64,000 nucleotides of DNA. Source: Octopus vulgaris. Taxonomy: Eukaryota. The translations under genes and the position numbers were made by a program. The DNA lies in assembly GCA_951406725.2 (NCBI GenBank), contig OX597831.1, positions 52,948,001 to 53,012,000 of the forward strand, written 5' to 3'. The number at the start of each line of letters is the position of its first letter. Within the stretch, counting starts at the first letter, position 1. The notes beneath the pieces were generated by a model. The model searched no databases and was not told the DNA's origin. It saw only the letters and a program-made list of their open reading frames with translations. This document shows positions 1 through 13,385 of the stretch, one piece after another.

Positions 1-1545
1 TGATTAGGAAAAGAATTAGTTCAAATGCAGACACACTTTGGGTTTGTGCCAGGAAAGAGTACCACCAATGCCTTCTTCCCCCAGAAAGCAACTATAGGGA
101 AGATAAGATAACTCTTTAGCATTTAAATTAATTTGTCAACTATAAAACTTATTTATTCAGTCTTCAAATTAATTATGCATTATCTCATAGCTTTGAGATT
201 CTGAAGTGATTGTTTATCTTTAGAATGACATTGTAGAGTGGGTGTGAGAAGCCAGACCTGGCAAGTTTGAACATAAAACAGGTCAAATATTTGGGCTGAA
301 TATAGGCTGCCTAAATGTAAAGGGTTAAACTGCCATATTTAGTAAAAGACAGCTTTTGACAGGATACCATATTCTGTACTATATTAATCAGAAAACTAGA
401 TGTACATGAATGGCTTACGAGTATCATGCAAACCATGCATAGAGAGGCCATCAGCTAGGTAAAAATTATCAATGAGTTCAGTATGGAATTTACAGTGAGG
501 TAGGTGTGTATCAGGATTCAGTTCTCAAATCCTTCCCCTTTGTTATAGTTCTCCAAGTTATAGCATGCTGGTTGACCATAGAAACTCCTGTCTGCCAATG
601 ATCTAGTTCTCAAGGTTTGAAGAATTAGAAGAAATTCCAAATTTGGAAGCAAAATCCTAGAATTGAGAGGCTTCAAAGTAAACATAGCAAATATAAAGTT
701 TATGTAGCAGGAAAGAAGACAGAACTCAACAGATTATGCCGCCACCAAGGAGGTGGCTATATTCAATAAGGAGGAACTCTGTACCAAATGTAAACTATGC
801 ATACAAAAGGTTTTGTGGAGCCACAAGCAGGTTGACAGAACAAAAAAATAGGACTTAATAAGTAACCATTGCACAAGAGTAGTTAGCAGCAAAAGTAGCA
901 ATGAAATAAATTCTTTGAAATGTTTGGAAGGCTTCCTAAAAGTAGTTGATGGTTTCAGTAGCGGAGACAGTCATTCTGAAAATATAGTAGCCAGAGTAAG
1001 AACCAAGTGGGAAAAAGTTCAGGGAGCTATTATCGCTTTTGGCAACAAGGGAGTTCTCTCTCTGGGTGAAGGACAGATTGTATAATACTTATTTATGAAG
1101 TGTAGTGCTATATAATAGCAAAACATGAAGAGTGGATGCAGAGGATGTGTGAAAGCTGGAAAGAAATGAAACAAACATGCTCTGCAGAGTGTGTAATGTA
1201 AGTGTGCATGAACAAGAGAGCACAAATGATTTGTAAAAACACTGGCTATCAGAGGAATCATGTGTAGTGTGCAAGAGAAGATTGCACTGGTTTAAAATGT
1301 GTGATGCTTATAGAGTATGGCAGCTGAGTTTCAGAAGATCCAAGTGGAAGGAATCTGTAGAAGGGGAAGACTGAGGAAGACATGGGAAGAAGTGGTGAAA
1401 GCTGATCTCAAGGGACTGAACCTCACAAAAGGAGATTACAAAGGACCACAACAAATGACAAGATGCTGTGCAAGAGAAGACCTGTTCAACCCATGCATAT
1501 ATGAAAATGTAGACATGATGATGATGGTGGTGGTGGTGATGTGAT
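1..1545 (+). mobile_element. Decayed RTE-clade LINE (RT region through 3' tail)
   Basis: Frameshifted RT motifs (FGFVPGKSTTNAF at the start, GVYQDSVL, and a LADD-like motif near 590-610). C-terminal GRGRLRKTWEEVVKADL (ORF 1317-1544). 3' end ...aacccatgcatatatgaaaatgtagac(atg)n. Confidence 0.8.
108..328. mobile_element. piggyBac-like MITE (family P1) nested in the RTE
   Basis: Ends (a)taactctttagcattta / taaatgtaaagggttaa. The same body recurs inverted at 33359-33582 and at 61076-61662. Confidence 0.6.
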
Positions 1546-2017
1546 GATGAGTACATCAATGCATAAAATATTTAAAAAAATAAATAAAATTCATTTTTCA
1601 TCAAGCATATTTTGACTATTCTATATATAGAGTTGAGATGGATGACAAGCAACAAAGCTGAGGATGACAATTTTTAAGGATTATAAACAAATGAAGCAAT
1701 AAAATATAGTCACTATATATTGAATTTGTTAAAATATACAAAATAAACTTACAATATCAACCAACTCTAGCTATATAGATAGATGTAATACAGAAGAGAC
1801 AGACTGACAGAATAGAAGGACAGATTGAAACAGAGAATGGTAGACAAATAGACAAGTATATAGAGTGATAGATAGACAGACAGTTAACTAGATCATCAAA
1901 GACTGATGTACAAATGTAGAAAATAGAGGACTATATTTAGAACTGGATTTTTAGAAAGATAAAAATACAGAGGGAATGACAGATTTCATCTTAATAATCT
2001 AGAAATATTTTTTGCTT

Positions 2018-2370
2018 TCAACTACTGTTTTGGGAGGGGTATTTTTTCTGCATTATTTCCTCACATTGTAGAGCCCAGTATTGGCGTTGAATCTGGAAAA
2101 CGTCCATTTTGGCTTTGTGTTCAGCAGCTGCATAATCTAATTTTCGTTTCATCATTAACATTTGCATTTCATGTTGTTCCTGTTGCATTTTTACAAGTAC
2201 AACTTGGTTATTTATTGCTTGTGTGGTTGCATCACCTCCTGCTAACATGCTGTTTGGACTGCACATGTCACCGTTAGAAATAGGAAATATCCCCGTAGGC
2301 ACAGGTCCTCCAGACACAGGAACAGTTATGGTTGGTGGTGGACTATCATCATCGTCTGGACATTCTAAGA
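2018..2370 (-). CDS. Myb/SANT-like DNA-binding domain protein (MSANTD3-like), last coding exon with C-terminal coiled coil
   Basis: Acceptor ttatgcag|tc at 2372/2371. A phase-1 join with the upstream exon (G+TC=Val) keeps the frame. Encodes ...KMQQEQHEMQMLMMKRKLDYAAAEHKAKMDVFQIQRQYW...; stop at 2018-2020. Confidence 0.85.
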
Positions 2371-3098
2371 CTGCATAAGATAATAGAAACAAAAATGATG
2401 CATAACAGATGAAAAGTATGTCAACAATATACGCACATACATATACACATTACATACATACATACACATATAAATGTACGACATATATGAACACATTTAG
2501 TATATTTTATATGATAATCAGAAGAGAAAAAATCATTATGGGGTACAAGTGACTCCGAGGTTTGACTTCTGAACTACTAACTATATGGTCATGAGTTCAA
2601 ACCTTAATAAAGTCTCTTTTTCTTTTTTTACAGCTGGGTAGAGAATTTAACTCAGTCTTGCTCATTATTCAAAACAAGTTACTTCACAGTAAAATGTTAA
2701 GTATTAGGTTAGAGTAACCAACTGTAAAAGTAGATGCAAGCATGGAAAAAGGTAGTAAAATAATACAACAAAAATATAATTAGTTCAAACTGATTAAGAG
2801 ATTTGTGAGAAAGAAGAAAAGTCTTTCTAACAAACTGTGTCTACAAGAAATAAATCAAGGCCAGTATCAAAATGGTTAAAAAAAAACTTGTAGTGTCTCG
2901 CAGTACAACTGAATGTAGAACACACAGTTTCAAAGCCAACTTCTTAAGCATACAGCCATGTAAATTCATAAAGAGATGAACAATATAAATTTTTTATTGA
3001 ATGTCTCAAGATGAGTTGCTATAATTAAGATTATAATTTACCAGATTAACCTTATCTTAAGAGTGTATACATATATAGAAGCCTAGAATATTAAACTC

Positions 3099-3314
3099 TT
3101 AACCCTTTCATTACCATATTTCTGTTGAAATATACTGCCTTTGTTTCAATTAATTCTGAAAAATAGTGAAGAAGTTTGTAAAATAACTTGGTCATTTATA
3201 AAACTACTTTTTGTAACAAAATTAACATGGAATTTTAATGGGAATACTTCAAAACAGGTAGTTGGTATTATAGATCCAGAGTAGTCTTAGTCAGGTTGGA
3301 ATTAAAAGGGTTAA
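3099..3314. mobile_element. piggyBac-like MITE (family P2)
   Basis: TTAA|CCCTTT ... AAAGGG|TTAA termini. Homologous copies at 31835-32065 and 32062-32261. Confidence 0.7.
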
Positions 3315-3799
3315 TTAATGTTCTCTGCATTTTAACAAGCTGCACATACATCACAATTAGAGACCATCTCAACAACAACTACAACATTGCTTCCCCAGTA
3401 TACACTTCACAGCAAAAACAAACTTGATACATGCAAGGGATGTAATTTAAGACTGCGTCGACTTGTACTGAGCCATTATCTTCATCTCATCTGTTCACTA
3501 AGAATGTCAGAACTCAACAGAACCCAACTTCGAAATATTCACAACTGATATAAAATCAAAGCATAAACAAGGACACCTCAACCGTAACATCAATTTCTGG
3601 AAACTAGATTACCAACAAGTCATTGTCAGTACTATGACCAGATTGGTCTACAATACAATACTGTTCCATCCATTTTGGTTTGGTACCATCTAATCCATGA
3701 GGTCTAACAAATCTTTGTAAGTTGTTTGGCTCTAGGTCAGCCTTGAATGAGAAGACCTGTGATAACAGGAATTCTAGGCACAGCTATCCAGTTGTTTTT

Positions 3800-5450
3800 C
3801 AGACAATATATTCAGGACATTATCCAATTGTCCTTCATTTTTTTCCATAATTTTCTTTTTAGGATGGTAGAGTGTATATAAGAAAGATGGTTGCTACTTA
3901 TGGCAGTTTGAGTAACCTCATAAAAACTCTCAAGTCTTCTTTGGTCTATCTCTATTGTGGGTACCTTCCACAACCAACTTACACTTTTCCAAGCAGCATG
4001 TGACATCTATGCATATTACATTTCCACATTTGCAAAGTTGTTCCTTCTGCAGATATCATCTACTGTTCAGTTGCTCTCATAAATTCCTTTGTGTTCAATC
4101 ATTCTCATAAGTTAACTCATGTGAGGTTGCTACAGTAGAAACAGTGTTTCAAGTTATTGGGTTATCTTCCTCAGACAAGTGATTTGATTTAGATGTATGC
4201 AAAAACAAAGTAGATTCCACCAAAAGACCGCCAGGAGTTAGGTGGTGGTGCTAAACCCATATAATGGATTAAATCTATGATCCAAACAGATGTAAAAGTT
4301 CTCTGAGTGCATTTCACTCTGTTCAAAGTCTGCCAATACTATCATCAGTTCCAATTCTGACCCTAATTAGACCACCTAGATCTTTGCTTCTCAGAGGAGA
4401 AACCATAGGAAATGGACAAAGGGCTTCATTCAATCCTTTGCCTGACCAAAGCATTTACATAAGTTTGTCCTAAATGTCCATGCTGGTTTTCAAACTTTTA
4501 GTTAACCCTTGTTTCATAAATTCTGAATAATATAAAACCTTCCTTTCACAAGTCCCAAGTTATTCTGGTGGTTGGAAAAAATTGGGACTGTGTATCATAT
4601 GGACAACAGAGAAATATGTCTTGTGTACCATGATACACAGGACCAGCAAAGGGTTAGTAAAACTGAGATAGCTTTAAACTTGTCCAACAATTTGACAAAG
4701 AAAGAAGTATCTGAATATAAATTCTATTTTGTTTTTCATTAATAAAGAGAAAGTGTGCAAAAATTTATTTTTTCTTTTCCAGAGACTGGTATGTCTGGTA
4801 GTATTTGTCAGTTTGAGAAGTGCTGACCAAGGTCACAAAATTAATCTACAAATGTCAGTAAGCACTTAGAGCAGTCTATGTTCTTCATTTCATGGATGAT
4901 CCTTAAGTACATCTAAAGATCTGTTTGCTAGATATCACAGAGTAATGTAATTTCTTTCTACCTCTTTACCTCTTTCCAACATACCAAACAAGGCCATGTT
5001 CTCCTTGCTGTTGAACTTGTGTGCTGATTAGCCCCACAAGCCAGCCCTGATCAAACAGACCCATAATAAAAGGTAATCAAACCATGAGCATCATATTTGC
5101 ATCATATTTTCCCAAATAGTGAACTGTAAACATTATCCAATGTATCCCTTTTTAAAGATGCTAGAATATGCTTTAAAGGAAAGGTGTCTATTATTATCTA
5201 GCAGAGTAAACATACAGGTTCTCTTGTTGGCTTATGTTGAACTTATATTTCAGCTCCAAGATCATAGATATTTGCCTTTGGACCTTTTGACTCAAAGCCA
5301 CTTTTCCAGATTTCAAACTTCTGCAATCAGCACATTCTTCAATGGGAATTGCAACATCGGTATTCAAAAGTTTCTGACAGCTTTCATCCAGGTCTCCATT
5401 GCATTTACTTCGACAACAATAATGTAAAACAAATTTAAAAACCAAGCTTT
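3800..5450 (-). mobile_element. Highly decayed non-LTR retroelement remnant (possibly R4/R2-like)
   Basis: Scattered coding-like fragments on the minus strand with many stops, including a CR..C / RCH-like stretch near 3980-4060. Family assignment is weak. Confidence 0.25.
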
Positions 5451-5499
5451 GATAAACAACTGCTAGTACACTGAAAGTGAATTCTCATGTTCACTCCCA

Positions 5500-5782
5500 A
5501 GATCTGTCCTTCACAGGTCAAGAGCATTGGCCTGCAAGAGTCCTGCCTCAGTGCCATATAAAAAGCACCAGTGCCAGTGAAAACATAAAAGTGCCCGAGC
5601 TGGTGTCATGTTAAAATCACCCAGCACACATGGTAAAGTGGTTGGTGTTAGGAAAGGCATCCAGCCATAGAAACAAAGCCAAATCAAACTGAAACCTGGT
5701 GTGGCTCTCCAGCTTGCCAACTCTGGTCAAACCATCCAACCCATGCCAGCATGAAAAATAGACATTAAAGGATCATGATGAT
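5500..5782 (+). mobile_element. SINE family D (aaaagcac repeats + ttaggaagggcatccagc domain + RTE-like tail)
   Basis: Matches copies at 12530-12865, 36545-36783, 44880-45062 (+) and 35805-35990, 42110-42250 (-). Ends aacccatgccagcatgaaaa...(gat)n. Confidence 0.7.
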
Positions 5783-7728
5783 AGTCTCAATGCAAATAAT
5801 TTACCCACTCTGGTTTTCCGATTGCTCACTACACGACACTGCTTGTAACCCTGTTAGTCTTTCTCTATATTGACCAACTCAATACCACCAGATGTGTAAT
5901 TTTCTTTGGTATTAAATAAAGAAATCATCTCTTACTCAATTCGATGTAATCAGGGGAAATAGTAGGTATACAAAAACAGCAATTGGTTATCTACTAGGCT
6001 AATTGGAAAAATTGATGGAGTGTAAACAGCACTAGATTGAAAACTAGATGGCTGAAATAAATAAAATATATTATCTTATTTAGGTGATACAGCTAGCCAT
6101 GACCTCTGATAGCTAGAGTCCAAAAGATATTGCAAAACTTCAGAGTAATGTACTATGGTAAGTCAGGCATGGGCAACCTCTTACCAGATTGCATGAGACA
6201 TGGTTCATCATCAGGCAAGCTGCACTAAAAAAAAAATTCAAGGTAATTTTATGTTAGGTGTGTCATTCAGAAAGTCCCACAAGCTGCAGTTAACCAATGA
6301 TTGATAAAAGCAGTGGAGGATTTCTCTTTCTGTGTCTATGAAAGCTAAACAAGAAGTGTGTCTAAAAAATTGTAATGCTATATAGTAGTAAAATGTACAC
6401 TGAAGATAGATTTGAGTAATGATCTATAGAATGTTCAATGTCAAATGTACAAACAGCATCTAAACTTCAATCAAAAGTATTAACCAACATACAAAGCGTT
6501 AAGTTGGTGGATTTGTTACATCGTTGGACACTTTGTAGTATTGCTGCCTGCTTGCTACGTTCTGACTTCAAATCTACTAATATCAACTTCACCTTTCATC
6601 CTTCCAGGGTCGAGCAAATACCAGTCCAGCACTGGTGTTGATTTATCTCTCACTCTGCTCTTCTCTCTGGAACAAATAAGCTGTAGTCAAACGTGAGAGA
6701 TGAGCCTTCGAAGTTTACAATGCTCTAGACGCGCCGTATGTCACAATGGACGGCTTTTCAACTCCATCAGAAGTTGAAGACCAAAGGAAAGTAGAACTAA
6801 ACAACATATTGCCATCATCCATATTATTCGATTTAGTCGTAGCTGCCTGTATGGGGTTATGTTTATAGTAAAAGAGACTATTACACACCAACCATCACAC
6901 ACTGCCGATAAACCTCAGATCCAATATCAAAACTGAAATGATTCGAGGACACTAATCCAGGCTTCCTTGTTGTTGGGGTTTTGTTTTTTTGTTGTTGTAT
7001 TATTTTATTTATGAGGAAGATAAGAATAACTGTTTATTACCAGATAATGCTCTAATAACTGGTAGTAACGAAAGAATGCCCTAGATGTGTACTAAACTCA
7101 CAAGACATGTGTCTTGAACATAGACACGGTGCAATGCCGATGATTTGATGGGAACTGACGAAAATGTATTAAGTTGGCTTCTTGTAATTGTATATATATA
7201 TATATATATATAGGGGAAATATGAGCGCGGAAATGTAATGATGTAAATGGATAATACATGTTGGGCGAAAACTACAGTGAGGTGAAGAGATGAAATAGTG
7301 TCCATTAGGTTACATTTGAGGAAGGAGACTGACTGGACCTTAGATTAGCTGTGACAGTATTAAGATGGTTAAACATGATATATTGATTGAATACACACTT
7401 GACCGAATGTAGCACTGATATAATGATGACGATATGCATGCATGCATACATACATATTAATTTGTTTACACGTGTACATCAGTAGTTAAACAGCGACTCA
7501 CACACGTGTATGCGTATATATATATATATATATACACACACATATATATATATATATATATATCTACAGTGATAGAGTGAGAAGGAAAGAAAATGTCATA
7601 CATACAAACGCACATATCTGCATTATTCATTATTTCATCGTGTATATCATATCAAAATAGACGTTACACTCACAGATACACATGCAATAATGATACACTA
7701 AGCAAAATGACAAAACAAGTCTCCCTAC

Positions 7729-8482
7729 CTGTGACTGACTGATGTGTAAAGTTATTCTGTATATGCGCTTGGCTGTGGTTATGAATGTGTGTGTGGTTGT
7801 TGTTATTGTTTATATGTCCTGTTCCCCCAGTAACAACTCCAACCACCGTTGCCGTGGTACCATTCCCACCAGCACCGCTTGGTGTAACGTTACCCGCGGG
7901 GTTTCCATTTCCATTCGCGCTGCTCCCTCCAGGAGTTGTGCCACCACCTCCGTTACTCGCACCACCAGATGTCTCCGCATGGCCGTGCCCACCTCCGACG
8001 ACATAAGGATGGTCAGCTTCAACATACAAACGATTGTGTACTGGCTCTACTTTGATAGAACCACCAGAACCTGCAGGTGTTGCGGTACCAGTAATGGTAA
8101 CCCCGGTAATTCCAACACTACCAGTAGATACCCCAAGAGTAACAGCATCAGCGCTTCCTACTTGATTTTCGAGCTCCTCTACAAAACGTGGAATCTCTAT
8201 AATGTCTTTGTTAAGTGCTTTTTTGGCTCTTGCCTTCATGTTCTCCCAGCATTTCTTTAATTGTTTGCAGTCTTTCCGGTTAACACCCGGTTGTGAATTG
8301 AATTCGTCTGCTATGGCGTTCCATGTTTCTGTCTTCATTTTGATGGATCGCCAATCATTTTTCTTACATTCCAATATTTCCCGATGTTCATCTACCAACT
8401 CTCTGAGGATATTTTTTTCGAAATTCGTGAAGATGATGCGACCGACATTGACCACGGATGCTCCACGGTTTTGTTCTTGCAT
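7729..8482 (-). CDS. Myb/SANT-like DNA-binding domain protein (MSANTD3-like), first coding exon
   Basis: IFTNFEKNILRELVDEHREILECKKND...TWNAIADEFNSQPGVNRKDCKQLKKCWENMKARAKK is a Myb_DNA-bind_5/MSANTD-type domain, followed by a Gly/Thr/Asn/His-rich linker. Donor acag|gtaggg at 7728. 754+353 nt = 368 aa + stop. Confidence 0.9.
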
Positions 8483-8945
8483 CTTTCAAGAGAAATAATT
8501 TAAACATATAAAATAGATAGAAACTGTGTGATGATGTAATTAAAGTTTACATACAGAAATATATGGTCATATACGCACAACATCGTGTATATATATATAT
8601 TACTTTTAAAGACGGCACAATTTTAAAAAATGGTTTTCCTTTAGAAAGAAAATCATTATTTAAACAATGATTGGGAGGGAATGTGACAGGACTGGGGTAT
8701 TTCATTTTCTTTAATTGGCATTTATGAATGAATAAACAAATCAAATCCATTATTTGTATACACAAATTAAATAATATTTGAAAATACAAACACTTCTCCG
8801 TCACATTTTTTTAAATACAACAATGATTGCTCCCTCGAATAAATACTCACACTCCATACGTCTTTCTTATAATATTAAATGAACAAACACGTTAATATTT
8901 TGAAATATATGAATGGATTCTAATTAAGGTGGTGAAAAATTGTAC

Positions 8946-9170
8946 CTTAGCCGCACTCTAATCCTGGTCCAACTCACGGGTCGCTGTCCTTATGAGTGTG
9001 AGTGGATGAGGGAGCTGATTAGCAATGACTACTCCCTCAAGGGAGACTCACAAAATTCTCACTCACACTTAGAAATGTTCCTGATACTGTACTAAAGAAC
9101 ATTAATTTAATAAGCAGTTTAATATATAGAAATAGCTCATTCTTCCTCAATAATGTAACAGTAATTATCC
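8946..9170 (-). other. Candidate non-coding 5' exon of the MSANTD gene
   Basis: The MSANTD ATG is directly preceded by an acceptor-like tttctcttgaaag. A donor-like aag|gtacaa lies at 8945. This segment is locally GC-richer and non-repetitive. The 5' boundary is uncertain. Confidence 0.35.
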
Positions 9171-9690
9171 CTTACCAAATCTGAAGACATATAATAACTT
9201 TTTATTACCATTTTTAATATAAACATGAAGGAAGGTTACTTTATTTTTCAAGTTTTTTGTGTTTCCTTTCGGAGAACAATTCCACATTTTCGTTCATTAA
9301 TACTCGTGCTGTCCCCTAGCGTCAGAGCTAAATACTACTAGTTTTGCTCTCGGTCGTCTTTACGTTTTATTTTTACTGTAAATAATCGAGTATATTTAAC
9401 ATTCACAATCTTTCAAAGAACCATTTACGATTTTCTGTTGAGGATTTACGTCTTTAAAACTTTATAAAATTACATTAATCTTATGCGTGCAGTTTTTTTT
9501 TTCTCTATATTATCTGTACACCACACTATAAACACATTCGTTTCAGTTGTGTTTTAGTCTGCTCGAAAATTTTCTGCGAACATTCTTATGCTAAAATATG
9601 TTGACGTCTGCAGAAAAAATAAGATATTCTTCAAAATACATATATAAATATATTTATGTATATATTTTGAATATACATTCATACATACAT

Positions 9691-9747
<57 letters not shown>

Positions 9748-10591
9748 GTATACGTTTGTGAGACGGAGTAAAATTTTAGTTTCAATTAAATTAAGTAATA
9801 TTTATGACTTGAAAGTTATTTTCCCGAAAATCTGTCTGTCCACTTCTTGAACACTATGAAAGCCTTAAAGCGAAGTTAAATTGTAAAAATCGTTGATGCT
9901 GACGAAGAATAAGCTTTAATTGAAACATTTTTCTTTCACAAAATCTCATAACCAAGACCCCCAATTTTATATAGAGCCCGATTTAAACACACACAGCTAA
10001 AATTTTATAATAGATCCCTTTTGATTCGTTGTGTTCAAGAATAAAGGACATAATCCCCATACTAAGTCCGGGAGTTCTCTAAAATTAGAAGGTGGGTCGA
10101 TGAGTGAAATTAATGCGGTAAATTTGAAACTTAATGAGTGGCGTATAAATAAAAGAAATGAAAGGGAATACTTTATAGCACTGGCCTCCGAAAGGAAGAA
10201 GCTCCTGTAATATTTTCTATAAAGTATACGAAGGAAAACATTACGTGTAATAGTCGCAAAGTATGGGAGAGACAAGATTGCATTAAAACGGGTTGATTCG
10301 TGGTAAGCAGGAATGTAATTGGTAAAATCAGATAAGAGGAGCTTTAACTGAAAATCTGTAGTTTTATTATTAACCACACAATCGAAATAGTTGAGTGTAA
10401 GATGAATTAGATTAGAATAAGAGGTGGTAGGAACTAATTATCACTATGGTAACTAATAACATAAATTTATGTCATGCGCCCGCATACACAGATGCTCTAA
10501 TATTTGCATGTACACGTTTATTTGCATATATGCACAAAATAACAATATGTATACATTGCAAAGGTATTAAATGAAGAAGAAGAAAAACATA

Positions 10592-11046
10592 GGCAATCTT
10601 TCGTCTCTAGTAGACCTTTCCGTCGATTTCCGTAAAAAATTTTTTTTTTTACATATGGGCTTGCGGGAACTTTTGAAGTAATGAGAGCGAAAGAGACTAA
10701 GAGAAAGCGATTGTATGACGAGGGAAGTTCTTTTGAAGTTACCGTGCATGGGAGCATTGATGGACGTGTGTGTGTGTGTGTGTGTTTAATGGGGTGTGGG
10801 AGACAGACAGTATATTGTGTAAGTGAAGTGCTTCTGTTAGTGTGTGTGAAGAGACAAAGTAATGTGTGAAAGAAAGAGATAACTGAAATTTTTTACTCGG
10901 TGTATGTGTATATGTATGTATATTACTTCAAAAGTTCCCGCAAGCCCAAATGTAAAAAAAAATATTTTTTTTACGGAAATCGACGGAAAGGTCTACTAGA
11001 GACGAAAGATCGCCAAAATTTCTTTAAAATCGACGGAAAGATCGCC
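10592..11046. mobile_element. Merlin-like MITE with ~90 bp TIRs and 8 bp TSD
   Basis: TIRs at 10592-10682 and 10922-11014 (GGCAATCTTTCGTCTCTAGTAGACC...). A partial extra TIR end at 11027-11046. TSD AAAACATA at 10584-10591 and 11047-11054. Confidence 0.75.
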
Positions 11047-12024
11047 AAAACATATAATAATCAAATACTTTATTTTTGTATTTATTTATTTCAATTGAAA
11101 GTGAATGCTTATGCACGAAAGAGAGAGAGGCAACTGAGTTTTGCCGTCTGAAATTACGTTCCACAAATAACGTCGTTGACCAATTCTTAAAACTGACCAA
11201 ATCCCTGGGAAGGCAACTCTAATAATAAACAATGCTCGCCCATTTGCCTAATGTGGATGTCCTATTAACAATATTCATTAGATAAGTTTTGCGCTGCTTA
11301 ACAATTCGACGTTTGCTAACTTCTGTAGAATTCACAAGCAAGTTAGCAATAAATTACTTTCACTAAGTTTAATCTGTAGAGTTGCATCGACTATAAAATG
11401 TCTAAACTATACACGATGCTAAAGGAGAATATTGGAAATCCAGAAAACTAGTGATGTTAGAACATCTCTGGTAAGGTCACTCTTCAAGGCGATGTGTTGG
11501 GGTTTTCTTTAGCAATTCCTAATTTCTTGAAGAAATGCCTTCTCAGAACTTATTTCACGAATTATTACATACAAATGAAAGCTTGTTATTAAGAGTGACA
11601 CCGCTATATTAATGATACCAAAGTTTTATACCATTTATTTATGATTTAATAATTGATATTTTTGTGTGACACGGATAACTGAATTTAATATTAAAAATGA
11701 TTTTTTTTTAATATATGTTTAACTACACTCGATATAAAAAGAAGCAACATACATAGCATATTGAAATTGGGGATTATTGTGATTTTGCGTATCGCAATTA
11801 ATATTTATGAGCAAAACCAAACACACAAATGTAGTACCTGTCAAAAGCGATGAGGTTTATTTCTGTCTTGTTTCGGTAGTTCTTAATTTTTCTCTTACAT
11901 TTTTTTTTGTTTTATTTTATCTTCTTTAAATTATTCTTATTCTTTTACGTCAAGTCTTGCTTCATCTTGTTTTCCTTTTGAAATATTTCTCATCAAACAT
12001 TGACTTATAATAATCATCATCTTA

Positions 12025-13385
12025 AAAGTGAAGAGAATGCTTGGAAGAATGGAAGAGGCGAAGATTTATACCAGGTTGCTTGTTGAGAAGCTAGGCTACA
12101 TGTATATTTAGCAAGGGGAGGTGCAGCAAGGAAGAGGTTTACCAATGTTTTACAGCATGAGGTGTTCCTGATTGCCAGACAGTGTAGCAGAGAAAATCGA
12201 GATGCTGTGAGTGATAAGCAAGTACAGATAGATAAGGGGTTACTGATGCTAAAAAGAAAAGAGGCTTGGAAGTGCTACTCTGGAAGGCTATTAAATAAAG
12301 AGAATGAATGGGAGAAAGAGGGACCAGCTATCCTAGTTGACAACAGAATAATAGATAAAGCAATTAAGAATATGAAGGTAGAGAGAGCCCCTGGTCAATC
12401 TGGAATTACCACTAAGATACTTATGATATCTATTGAAGTAGGATATACCTAATCACCTGTATAGTTAATTAGATTGTACAAGAAGGTACTATACCCCAAA
12501 CTGGCTTTGTAGTTAATTGTTACAAAGGTGACTGACTCCTTGTGCCAGTGGCATGTAAAAAGCACCATCCAAATGTGGTCAATGCCAGTGCTCTCCCACC
12601 CAACTGGCTCCCGTGTCAGTGGCATGTAAAAAGCACTGTCCGAATATGGTTGATACTAGTGTTGCCTGACTGGCTCCTGTGCCAGTAGCACATAAAATGC
12701 ACCCACAACACTCTCGGAGTGGTTGGCGTTAGGAAGGGCATCCAGCTGTAGAAACCTTGCCAGATCAGATTGAAGCCTGGTGCAGCCTATTGGCTTGCCA
12801 GACCCCAGCAAAGCTGTCCAACCCATTCCAACATGGAAAACGGATGTTAAACAATGATGATGATGTAAAAGAAGTAATTACAAAAGTATCAAATTGTTGG
12901 GCCAGGTCATAAAAATTATGGAAAGAGTTACTGTCAGAAAGAAAATTAGGTTAGATGAAATCCATTTTGGTTTTGTACCAGGGAGAAGTGCTATTAATGC
13001 CCTCTCTCATGTAAGACAACTGCAGAAGTATTTAGCAAAAAGTAAGCCATTGTTCTTGGCATTTGTCAACCAAGAGACTGCCTTTAACAGAGTCCCTCAC
13101 TCTGTGATCTGGTGCTCCCTGAGGACGCTAAGGGTAGATGAATGGCTTGTGAGAACCAAACAAATAATGTACAAGGTTCTATCAGTGAGGTGTGAACTAG
13201 CAACAAATACCATAATAAATTAATGAACAAGTAAGGATATCACCAATGATGGGTTCTCAGTCTCTTCTTATTCAACATAACCCTCCAGACTATATCAGAG
13301 AAAAATTAAAACCAGGTACTTGTGAGCACTACTATATGTTGATGGCCTCATTTTATATTGCATAATTAAAAGAGAAATTTCAGAT
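12025..13385 (+). mobile_element. Decayed RTE-clade LINE, interrupted by a SINE
   Basis: KAIKNMKVERAPGQSGI (12162-12452) and IHFGFVPGRSAINAL...LFLAFVNQETAFNRVP (12894-13223) are RT motifs. Confidence 0.85.
12530..12865 (+). mobile_element. SINE family D with three tandem internal units, nested in the RTE
   Basis: Three ~65-70 bp units containing gtgccagtggcatgtaaaaagcac, then ttggcgttaggaagggcatccagctgtagaaac and a (gat)n tail. Confidence 0.75.

Noticed and set aside
7742-8498. Plus-strand and alternative-frame ORFs overlapping the MSANTD exon
   Set aside because: Antisense shadows of a GC-richer coding exon.
12530-12710. Regularly spaced repeats resembling a CRISPR array
   Set aside because: The spacers are homologous to each other, the block is part of a SINE, the context is eukaryotic and there are no cas genes.
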